Below, piece by piece: positions 37,508-45,669 of a stretch of DNA of 64,000 nucleotides. Each line of letters starts with the position of its first letter. Positions within the stretch are counted from its first letter, which is position 1. The position numbers and the translations under genes are program-made. Origin of the DNA: Planctomycetota bacterium (lineage in GTDB: Bacteria; Planctomycetota; JAJSAM01; JAJVHW01); NCBI GenBank assembly GCA_965248445.1, contig CBDFJG010000002.1, positions 160,001 to 224,000 on the forward strand, given 5' to 3'. The notes under the pieces are model-generated. The model ran no database searches and was not told the origin of the DNA. It worked only from the letters and a program-made list of their open reading frames with translations.

Positions 37508-39001
37508 ATGCAGGAACTCTGGGACAAGATCGTGGAACACGTTCCGACGATCCTCGCGGCCATCGGCATCTTCGTTGCCGCATGGATCGTGGCGGTCATC
37601 GTCAGCGCGCTCATCAAGGCCGTGCTCAAGCGCACTTCGCTCGACGAGAAGGTGTCCGGCTTCCTGGCCGGCGGCGGCAAGGCGCCCGCGATCGACAACT
37701 GGATCGCCGGGATCGCCAAGTGGCTGATCCTGCTGTGGGGCCTGATGATGGCTCTCGAACGGCTGAACCTCGGTCAGGCCGTGAAGCCGCTCGGCGACAT
37801 GCTCACCAAGATCACGTCGTACCTGCCGCAACTCGGCGCGGCGGCCGCACTCGCCGTGCTCGCGTGGATCATCGCGACAGGAGTCCGGCTCCTGATCGAG
37901 AAGCTCCTCGGCGGCCTCGGCCTCGACGATCGCCTGAACAAGGCGACCGGCGAGGACATGAAGGACGTCAACGTCACGAAGAGCATCGCGACGGCCGCCT
38001 ACTGGGTCGTCTGGCTGCTGTTCCTGCTGATCATTCTCGACACGCTGAAGCTGCAGGGGCTGCTCACGCCACTGCAGGAGATGGCGGACAAGGTCTTCGC
38101 GTTCCTCCCGAACCTGTTCAGTGCCATCGTGATCTTCACCGTCGGCTGGTTCGCCGCGAACATCGTGCGCCGCATCGTCAGCTCCGTGCTGAACGCAGTC
38201 GGCCTCGATCGCCTAGCGGAGAAGACCGGCGTCAGCAAGAACGTCGGAAAGGGCTCTCTCTCGGGCCTGTGCGGAACGATCGCGTTCCTGCTCATCCTGC
38301 TGCCGGTGATCTCCGGCGCTCTCGAGGCGCTGAAGCTCAAGTCCGTCAGCGAGCCCGTGCAGGGAATGCTGAGCAAGTTCTTCGACGCGATCCCGAACCT
38401 GCTCTACGCCGCGATCATCCTCGGCGTCGCGTGGATCGTCGGCCGCCTGGTAGCGGGCCTGGCCACGGACCTGCTGGCTCGCATCGGCTTCGACAACATC
38501 CTCGGGAAGCTCGGACTCTCGCGCGCCGATCCGTCGTCGCTCGAAGAGAGCCGCCGCCCGTCGTCGGTCGCCGGCAAGCTCGTGCTGATCTTCGCCATGC
38601 TGTTCGCCGCGATGGAGTCGCTGAACCAGCTCGGGATGGGCAACATCTCCGATCTCGTCAACGGCTTCCTCGAGCGCGCGGGCGGCTGGGTGCTCGGTCT
38701 GATCATCTTCGGCATCGGCCTCTGGCTCGCCAACCTGATCGCCGGGATCATCAAGGACCGCGGCACACCGAACTCGAACCTGCTCGCGCTGATCGCGCGG
38801 ATCGCCATCACCGTGCTGGCCGGCATCGCCGCGCTGCAGGAGATGGAGGTCGCCGAGGACACCGTGCAGTCGGCCGTGACCGTGGCGATCGCCGCCATCG
38901 GCCTGGCCGTCGGACTGGCCTTCGGCTTCGGCTGCAAGGAGCAGGCCTCCGAGCAGCTCGACCGCTGGCGCAAGGCCCTCGACGACAAGCGCAACAGCTA
39001 G
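37508..39001 (+). CDS. TM-helix-repeat (MscS first-TM / CmpX-like) membrane protein, paralog 2
   Basis: SD GGAGG; YLPQL, FLPNL, AIPNL repeats; LLARIGFD; GLAFGFGC; colinear with paralog 1. Confidence 0.88.
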   Translation: MQELWDKIVEHVPTILAAIGIFVAAWIVAVIVSALIKAVLKRTSLDEKVSGFLAGGGKAPAIDNWIAGIAKWLILLWGLMMALERLNLGQAVKPLGDMLTKITSYLPQLGAAAALAVLAWIIATGVRLLIEKLLGGLGLDDRLNKATGEDMKDVNVTKSIATAAYWVVWLLFLLIILDTLKLQGLLTPLQEMADKVFAFLPNLFSAIVIFTVGWFAANIVRRIVSSVLNAVGLDRLAEKTGVSKNVGKGSLSGLCGTIAFLLILLPVISGALEALKLKSVSEPVQGMLSKFFDAIPNLLYAAIILGVAWIVGRLVAGLATDLLARIGFDNILGKLGLSRADPSSLEESRRPSSVAGKLVLIFAMLFAAMESLNQLGMGNISDLVNGFLERAGGWVLGLIIFGIGLWLANLIAGIIKDRGTPNSNLLALIARIAITVLAGIAALQEMEVAEDTVQSAVTVAIAAIGLAVGLAFGFGCKEQASEQLDRWRKALDDKRNS

Positions 39002-39022
39002 TCTCGATCAACAGACACACAC

Positions 39023-39051
39023 AGGCCGCGCCGGCACCGCCGGCGCGGCCT
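39023..39051 (+). terminator. GC-rich hairpin downstream of paralog 2 (possible terminator, no U-tract)
   Basis: AGGCCGCGCCGGC-ACC-GCCGGCGCGGCCT, 13-bp perfect stem. Confidence 0.5.
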
Positions 39052-39186
39052 CGTGATTCCGGCGGCTCCAATTCACGCGATGGGGGAGTTCCCGGGCGTG
39101 CAGTAGGCTATGCGGGTCGGCAACGGCCGGCGCGAGCAACGCGGTTGGGGGCTCGCGCGATCCCGTTCGTCGACGGGAGGCTTCCC

Positions 39187-40626
39187 GTGCGCGTTCTCAC
39201 CCTGACCGCCGTTCTGTTCCTCGCCGCCCCCCTGCTCCCCTCGCGCGCCATGGCGGCTGAAGGCGTCCTGCCCATCCGCGCAGGCGACACCGTGAGCGGG
39301 ACGCTCGCCCAGTGCGGCGACCGTCATGTGCTCCGTGTGGATCTGGTGCGGGGCGAGGTGTTTCGCGCCAAGGTGCAGGCCGAGCGGGAGTTCGCCGCGG
39401 ACATCACGCTGCGCATCTACTCGCCGGACGGCACGCTCGTCAACAGCGAGGCGAGCGTGCGCGGCATTCGCGCTGGATCGAAGCTGGGACCATTCGTCGC
39501 GCGGCAAACGGGCACACATCACGTGCAGCTCTCCACGTTCACGCGCCACGGCCTCGAGTACACGCTCCGCACCAAGGCGCGCAAGCGGAAGACGGCGCGT
39601 GTACGGCTGCGCGGCAATCGCGGCCGCGCGTTCACGGCGACCGCGGGTTCGCACCTGCAACTGCGTGGCGGCGGCGCGTCCGGCGGCGTGCTGCTCACGC
39701 TTCCCGACGGAACGAACACCGAGATCGCCGCGGACTCCGCGTGCTTGACCGCGCTCACCGGTGACGGACTCACCGCACCGATGGGAGGCCGCTACTTCGT
39801 CGGGCTGCTGGACGGCGGCCGCGCGCGGCTGGTCTCCAGACCGCCCTCACGTACGGCGACCCGGCTGCTCGACTTCCCCGTGCTGCCCGGGGACACCACG
39901 CGTGTGTCGGCGTGGTACGAGGACGCGGGCTGGGTCGTCGACCCGCTGCGCCAAGCGCCCGCGGACCACGAACCGCCGTCCTCGACGCGGCCGACAGACC
40001 CGCCCGTCGATCCTCCGCCCGGTGTAGCCGTCAGCATCCTGACGACGCCGAACGCTCCCGCCACGCCGCAGGACGGCTTTGCGCTCGCCGACCCGCTGAT
40101 CACGGGTGGTCTCGCGGACGGCGTGGGAATGCCGATCTCGCCGGTCCCGACGATTGCCGAGACGCTCGAACACGGAACACTGGAGGAGTTCGGGGCGGGT
40201 CTGTCGTACGTCTTCGACAAGCCGCACCCCGCGCTCGGGACGCTCACTTATCGCGTCCACTTCCTCGTCGGCGGCACGGCGTCGCGCGCCCCGATCTCCC
40301 CCGTCGGCCCTGGCGCTTCGGGCGGCGCGATCACGATGCGCTGGACCGTCACCGGCGGCGCACCGACGCATGAAGGCCGCTGGACGATCACGTGGGACGG
40401 TCTCCGCCGAGTCGAGGTGCTCGACGGCAGCGAGACGCTCATCGACGCGTCGTCGCGGGTCGTGCAGAGCGCAGCCAACGCACTCACGGTCCCGGTCGAC
40501 GGCGGCCCGCCGAGCGGCGAGCTGATCTACCACGTCGACTGGTCGAACGGGCCGTTCCCGGGCGGCGCGTTCCGGCGCGTCGAAACGCACGACGGTCTCG
40601 GCGACCGCGAAGTCACGATCGACTAG
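39187..40626 (+). CDS. Secreted protein with N-terminal PPC-like beta-sandwich domains
   Basis: SD GGGAGG, signal peptide, IRAGDTVSGTL...LRIYSPDGTLV...QTGTHHVQLS; Pro-rich linker. Confidence 0.7.
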   Translation: MRVLTLTAVLFLAAPLLPSRAMAAEGVLPIRAGDTVSGTLAQCGDRHVLRVDLVRGEVFRAKVQAEREFAADITLRIYSPDGTLVNSEASVRGIRAGSKLGPFVARQTGTHHVQLSTFTRHGLEYTLRTKARKRKTARVRLRGNRGRAFTATAGSHLQLRGGGASGGVLLTLPDGTNTEIAADSACLTALTGDGLTAPMGGRYFVGLLDGGRARLVSRPPSRTATRLLDFPVLPGDTTRVSAWYEDAGWVVDPLRQAPADHEPPSSTRPTDPPVDPPPGVAVSILTTPNAPATPQDGFALADPLITGGLADGVGMPISPVPTIAETLEHGTLEEFGAGLSYVFDKPHPALGTLTYRVHFLVGGTASRAPISPVGPGASGGAITMRWTVTGGAPTHEGRWTITWDGLRRVEVLDGSETLIDASSRVVQSAANALTVPVDGGPPSGELIYHVDWSNGPFPGGAFRRVETHDGLGDREVTID

Positions 40627-40644
40627 CGCGCCGGGGCGCGAGCG

Positions 40645-43110
40645 TCACTGTTCGATTTCACCGCCGATTGCGTCGCCGGCCTGACCGGTGATCTTGACGT
40701 CGGCGGCCGACGCACTCCCCCCCGGGTCGACCGTGGGGGCGTTGAACACGTACACGCGGCCTTCCAAGTTCTGCCCGAAGTCCGGAGCCGCGGTGACGAT
40801 CGAGTGGAACAGCCCGACGCGGAACGGCTGCAGCACGACGCGCAGCGGTTCGCCGGTGCTCTCGCCGATCACCTGCGATGCGTTGACCGGCAACTGTCCG
40901 GAAGGCGGCATGCCTGCACCTCCGAGGAAGAGATACAGGCCGCCGGCGCCGCCGGCGTGGTTCGGGGCCGTCGTTACGATCGACTTCAGCGGTCCGGGAC
41001 CCAGTTCGACGAGCTGGAGACCCGTCCCGAGGCGATCGTCCGATCCGAACCCCGTGAACCGGCGGAACGCCTCTTCATCGGCGTCGCCGCTCGAAAGGCC
41101 GGTTCCGCCCTCGAAGATGAAGATGGCGCCAGACTGGTTGGGCAGCGGCGAATCGCTGCCGTCGGTCGTCACGATGTCGTCGACCTCGTCGCCCGTCACA
41201 TCGCCCGAGCGCACGTCGAGTCCGAAGCCGCCTAGAGCAACGGTCCCGTCGATGCGGACATCGGCGTTGCTCGCACTCTGGTCGTAGACACCGTAGTAGT
41301 CGTTGAAGAACACGTAGACGGCACCGGTGCCGCCTGTGGAGTCGATCTGGTCCGCGCCGATGATCAGGTCGTCTTCACCACCGTTGTCGACGTCACCGAC
41401 CGCCAGCCCCGCGCCGAACAGGCCTCCGGACAGGCCACCTGTGATGACGGCGTCAGCAGTTGTGGCGCTCGAGGGGAACGCGCTCGGCGAAGTGCCGACG
41501 AACACGTAGACCTTCCCGGTGCCTCCAGCCCCCTCGGCACCGACGATCAGGTCCGGTCTCCCGTCGCCGGTGAGGTCACCGACCTCCGTCGTGCCGCCGA
41601 AGTCATCGCCGTCAGTCTCGCCGTCGATCGTGACGTCGGCGTCTTCTACGGCGCTCGGAGAGAAGCCGCTTCCGCCGAAGAACAGGTGCACGGCTCCGGC
41701 ATCCGATCCGTTGGATCCGACGATGAGATCGACGATCCCGTCTCCGTTGACGTCTTTCACGAGCAGACTCTCACCGAATTCGTCCCCGCCGTTGTCGCCG
41801 GGGATCTCGACGTTGGCCTGCTGCGTCGTCTGTCCGTCCCCCACCGGGCCGAAGAAGATGAACACCGCGCCTGCGCCCTGATTTGCGAACGGCGCGGGGA
41901 TGACCAGGTCATCCGTCCCGTCGTCATTGAGGTCAGTGCCTTCGTCGTCGCTCGGGCTACCGATGAGGATCGGACCGCTCACGAGGTACGAGCTGAACCC
42001 GCTGACTTGCACCGAGATCACGCCACCGCCCGCGTCGTCCAGGTTGTACGGCCCCGGAACGAGCGAGATATTGCCGTTCTCGTCGCGCGTGTAGATCTCG
42101 AGGTCGGTGAAGTCACCGTCGAGCGCAGCGGGGTCGAACGGCAACTGCACGGTAACGGGTTCGCCGAACTCGAGCCCCTCCGGTCCGAAGAACACGGTCG
42201 GGCCGAGGCCCTCTCCTGCCGGAGGAACGAGTTCCGGGGCGGTCGCCACGCCGACGACCGTGTTCTGCGTGACCGCACCGGGAGGCACGTCCACCGCGGC
42301 GCCGTCGATCGAGCCCTGCTCCGGACCCGCGACGACCATGCCACCGTCACCCGGCGTCACGATCGCGCCGATGCCCTCGTCGTCGCCGCTGCCGGGGCCG
42401 ATCACCTCGTCGGTGAGGTCGATCTTGCGCTTCGCGGACTTCGGCGCCTTGACGGTCACGGTCGCTTTCGCGTCGTTGGCAGCAAAGAGGCACTGAAACC
42501 CGAACGTGTCGATCTCGTACTTCTTGAGTGTGTGGCCCTTCTTCTCGGGCTCTGGATCCGGGAGATTGGCCGAGCCGCCGTCGTTGTCGATCCGGTCGAA
42601 TCGCGGGTCCGCCGCGGAGCCCTTGACCGGTTTGACCTTCATCGTGGCCAGCGCGCCCGCGTCCGCATCGAACGTGATCTTCAGCTCGTCCGGCGCGTCA
42701 CCGAGGGGGAGGTCCATCTTCGTCTTCTTGGGCGCCTTCCACTTCGCCTTGAACTGGTAGTTGCCAGTCTCCGTGCTCGTGACGGACACGCTGTACGTGT
42801 CGGTCTTCGTCACGGTGACCTTGGCCTTGGCGGCCTTGGACTTCGTGCTGCTCACGACGAGCGCGCCCTCGGAGTCGCGGATCTCGACCGAGACCACCGG
42901 CGCCTTCGTGCCCTTGCCCGCCTTCTTTCCCTTCGCGGAGACAGACAGCTTCGAACCGTCGGGAACGTCGATCAGATACGTCTCGGTCTCGGACGGACCG
43001 ATCGATCCGTTGACCTTGTCGCCGTTGCCGATCTCGACGGTCAGATCGGCGCGAGCGGTCACGACGAACAGACCCAGCACAGCGAGACCAAGTACGTGGT
43101 GCGAACGCAT
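40645..43110 (-). CDS. Secreted Lys-rich beta-sandwich + ZU5-like + FG-GAP/integrin-alpha propeller protein, copy A
   Basis: Signal peptide; AVDVPPGAV...GPTVFFGPEGLEFGEPVTVQLPF; repeats FG...GDxxGDGxxDLIVGA...GKVYVF. Confidence 0.85.
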   Translation of the reverse strand: MRSHHVLGLAVLGLFVVTARADLTVEIGNGDKVNGSIGPSETETYLIDVPDGSKLSVSAKGKKAGKGTKAPVVSVEIRDSEGALVVSSTKSKAAKAKVTVTKTDTYSVSVTSTETGNYQFKAKWKAPKKTKMDLPLGDAPDELKITFDADAGALATMKVKPVKGSAADPRFDRIDNDGGSANLPDPEPEKKGHTLKKYEIDTFGFQCLFAANDAKATVTVKAPKSAKRKIDLTDEVIGPGSGDDEGIGAIVTPGDGGMVVAGPEQGSIDGAAVDVPPGAVTQNTVVGVATAPELVPPAGEGLGPTVFFGPEGLEFGEPVTVQLPFDPAALDGDFTDLEIYTRDENGNISLVPGPYNLDDAGGGVISVQVSGFSSYLVSGPILIGSPSDDEGTDLNDDGTDDLVIPAPFANQGAGAVFIFFGPVGDGQTTQQANVEIPGDNGGDEFGESLLVKDVNGDGIVDLIVGSNGSDAGAVHLFFGGSGFSPSAVEDADVTIDGETDGDDFGGTTEVGDLTGDGRPDLIVGAEGAGGTGKVYVFVGTSPSAFPSSATTADAVITGGLSGGLFGAGLAVGDVDNGGEDDLIIGADQIDSTGGTGAVYVFFNDYYGVYDQSASNADVRIDGTVALGGFGLDVRSGDVTGDEVDDIVTTDGSDSPLPNQSGAIFIFEGGTGLSSGDADEEAFRRFTGFGSDDRLGTGLQLVELGPGPLKSIVTTAPNHAGGAGGLYLFLGGAGMPPSGQLPVNASQVIGESTGEPLRVVLQPFRVGLFHSIVTAAPDFGQNLEGRVYVFNAPTVDPGGSASAADVKITGQAGDAIGGEIEQ

Positions 43111-43153
43111 CTCCACCTCCCGACCGTCAGTGTACGGCACTCAGAACAGCGGT

Positions 43154-45631
43154 TCAGTCGGCGTCGCCGCCGATGCGTTCGCCCGGGAGTCCGGTGATGA
43201 TGATGTCCGCCTGGCTCGCATCCGCCTCGTTGGACTCCGCGCCTACGAAGAGGTACATGCGCCCCTCCGCGCTCTGCCCGAAGCCGGGCGCTCCGGCGAC
43301 GACGGTGACCACGCCGCCGACGGAGATCGGGTCGAACAGCTGCGCGAACGACTGTCCCGCTCCCTCACCGATCACGTTCGCCGTGTTGCTGCCGACCGGC
43401 CCGGACGGGGGCAACGGTCCACCTCCTCCGAACACGAACAACCCGCCCCGGCCAGCGCTGTAGTTCAACGAGGAGGCCACGATGAAGAGCGGCTCGCCGA
43501 AGCCCGCGAGCGGCATGAGGCGAACGGAGAATCCGAACCGGTCGTTGGCGCCCGAGCCGGAGTACTTGCGCAAGGCGATCACGTCCGCGGCGCCGCCTGC
43601 GAACGCCTGCCCGCCTTCGAACACGTAGACGTCCCCGGGATGGTCTGCCACCGAATCGGACCCGTTGTTGGCGACGATGTCATCGACCTGATCACCGGTC
43701 ACGTCACCGGCGCGGACGTCGAGGCCGAACCCGGCGAGAGCGGTGGGACCGTCGATGCGGAACGTCGCGTCGCGCGACGTGTTCGTGTACTCGGCCTCTC
43801 CGTCGGGGAACACGTAGACCGTGCCCGGGCCGGAGATGCTATCGACCGCGTCTGCCCCGACGATCAGATCATCCCGCCCGCTGTCGTCGACGTCGCCGAG
43901 CGCCAACCCTGCGCCGAACAGGCCGCCGGCCCGGTTACCGGAGATGATCGCATCGGCATCGGTAGCGCTGTTCGGCCACGTGCCCTGTACGCTTCCAAGG
44001 AAGAGGTAGACCTTCCCGACAGCGCCCGCGCCCTCGGCGCCGACCACCAGGTCGGGAATCTGGTCGTCGTTGACGTCTCCGACCAAGAACGGTTCGCCGA
44101 AGTCGTCGATGTCGCTCTCGCCATCGATCGTGACGTCCGCATCGCCCGGTCCGGTGGGGTTGAACCCCACTCCGCCGAAGAAGATGTGGAGACGACCGGC
44201 CGAGATGCCGTCGTCGTTCACCAAGAGGTCGCCGATGCCGTCACCGCTGAGGTCGCGGATGGCAGCGCGCACGCCGAACTCGTCGTCCGCACCGGCCCCC
44301 GTCAGGACGACGTCCGCTGCACTCGACAGCGTTGTGTTGCCCGCATTCAGCTCCCCGAAGAACACGAGTACCTGACCCTCCCCGTTCTGCCCGGCGAGCG
44401 GCGCCGGGATGACGAGGTCATCGACGCCGTCCCCGTTCAGATCGAAGGTCTTCCGCGGTGCCGCCTGCGGTCCCGCCACGACGTACGAGCTGAAGCCGCT
44501 CACCTGGACCGAGATGATCCCGTTGGCAGCGTCGGCCAGGTCGTACGGGCCGGGCACGAGAGAGATGTTCCCGTCCTCGTCCCGCGTGTAGATCTCGAGG
44601 TCGTCGAAGTCGCCGCCGACCGCAGCGGGGTCGAACGGCAGCTGCACGGTCACCGGCGTGCCGAAGTCGAGCCCCTCGGGTCCGAAGAACACCGTGGGAC
44701 CGAGTCCCTCGCCGGCCGGCGGCACCAGCTCGGGCGCGGTCGCAACGACGACGACGGTGTCCTCGGTCACCGCACCGGGCGGGACGTCCACCGCGGCACC
44801 GTCGATCGCACCCTGGTCGGGACCTGCGACGACCATGCCGCCATCGGTCGGCGTCACGATCGCACCGATGCCCTCGTCGTCGCCGCTGTCGGGGCCGATC
44901 ACCTCGTCCTTCAGGTTGATCTTCCGCTTTGCGGACTTGGGCGCCTTGACCGTCACGGACACCTTCGTGCCCCCGGCCGCGCCGTCGTTGGCCGCGAACA
45001 GGCACTGCAACCCGAACACGTCGATCGCGTACTTCTTGAGCGTGTGGCCCTTCTCGCCCGCGGCCGGGTCGGGAAGGTCCGTCGAGCCGCCGTCGTCGTC
45101 GAGCCGGTCGAAATGCGGGTCCGCTGCCGAGCCCTTGGCAGGCTTGATCTTCAGCGTGGCAAGCGCACCGGCGTCCGCGTCGAACGTGATCTTCTGCTCG
45201 TCCGGCGTGTCGCCCAGGTCGAGCTCGACCTTCGTCTTCTTGGGCGCCTTCCACTTGGCTTTGAACTGGTAGTTGCCGGAGTCCCCGCTCGTCACGTTGA
45301 CGCTGAACGTGTCCGTCTTCTCGACCGTCACCTTCGCCTTGGCGGCCTTCGACTTCGTGCTGCCGCCGACGAGCGCGCCCTCGGAGTCGCGAATCTCGAC
45401 CGACATGACCGGCGGCTTGGTGCCCTTGCCGGACTTCTTGCCCTTGACCGTGACCGTGAGCTTCGACCCGTTCGGTACGTCGATCAGGAACGTCTCGGTC
45501 TCGGTCGGGCCGATCGTGCCGTCCACCTTGTCGCCGTTGCCGACTTCCACCGACAGGTCGGCACTGGCCGTGCCGGTCAACCCGGCCAGGAGAACGAGCA
45601 GGACAAGAGCCTTTACTGGGTACGTGCGCAT
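43154..45631 (-). CDS. Secreted Lys-rich beta-sandwich + ZU5-like + FG-GAP/integrin-alpha propeller protein, copy B
   Basis: Colinear paralog of copy A; DLNGDGVDDL, GDVNDDQIPDLVVGA, GDVTGDQVDDI. Confidence 0.85.
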   Translation of the reverse strand: MRTYPVKALVLLVLLAGLTGTASADLSVEVGNGDKVDGTIGPTETETFLIDVPNGSKLTVTVKGKKSGKGTKPPVMSVEIRDSEGALVGGSTKSKAAKAKVTVEKTDTFSVNVTSGDSGNYQFKAKWKAPKKTKVELDLGDTPDEQKITFDADAGALATLKIKPAKGSAADPHFDRLDDDGGSTDLPDPAAGEKGHTLKKYAIDVFGLQCLFAANDGAAGGTKVSVTVKAPKSAKRKINLKDEVIGPDSGDDEGIGAIVTPTDGGMVVAGPDQGAIDGAAVDVPPGAVTEDTVVVVATAPELVPPAGEGLGPTVFFGPEGLDFGTPVTVQLPFDPAAVGGDFDDLEIYTRDEDGNISLVPGPYDLADAANGIISVQVSGFSSYVVAGPQAAPRKTFDLNGDGVDDLVIPAPLAGQNGEGQVLVFFGELNAGNTTLSSAADVVLTGAGADDEFGVRAAIRDLSGDGIGDLLVNDDGISAGRLHIFFGGVGFNPTGPGDADVTIDGESDIDDFGEPFLVGDVNDDQIPDLVVGAEGAGAVGKVYLFLGSVQGTWPNSATDADAIISGNRAGGLFGAGLALGDVDDSGRDDLIVGADAVDSISGPGTVYVFPDGEAEYTNTSRDATFRIDGPTALAGFGLDVRAGDVTGDQVDDIVANNGSDSVADHPGDVYVFEGGQAFAGGAADVIALRKYSGSGANDRFGFSVRLMPLAGFGEPLFIVASSLNYSAGRGGLFVFGGGGPLPPSGPVGSNTANVIGEGAGQSFAQLFDPISVGGVVTVVAGAPGFGQSAEGRMYLFVGAESNEADASQADIIITGLPGERIGGDAD

Positions 45632-45669
45632 CTCCACCTCACTTGGATGGAGTGTACGGCAAGGCGGGA

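Noticed and set aside
37489..39186. Apparent 1045-aa ORF 37489-40626
   Set aside because: The first 566 codons are an alternate frame over the TM-repeat gene; the real gene starts at GTG 39187 with SD and signal peptide
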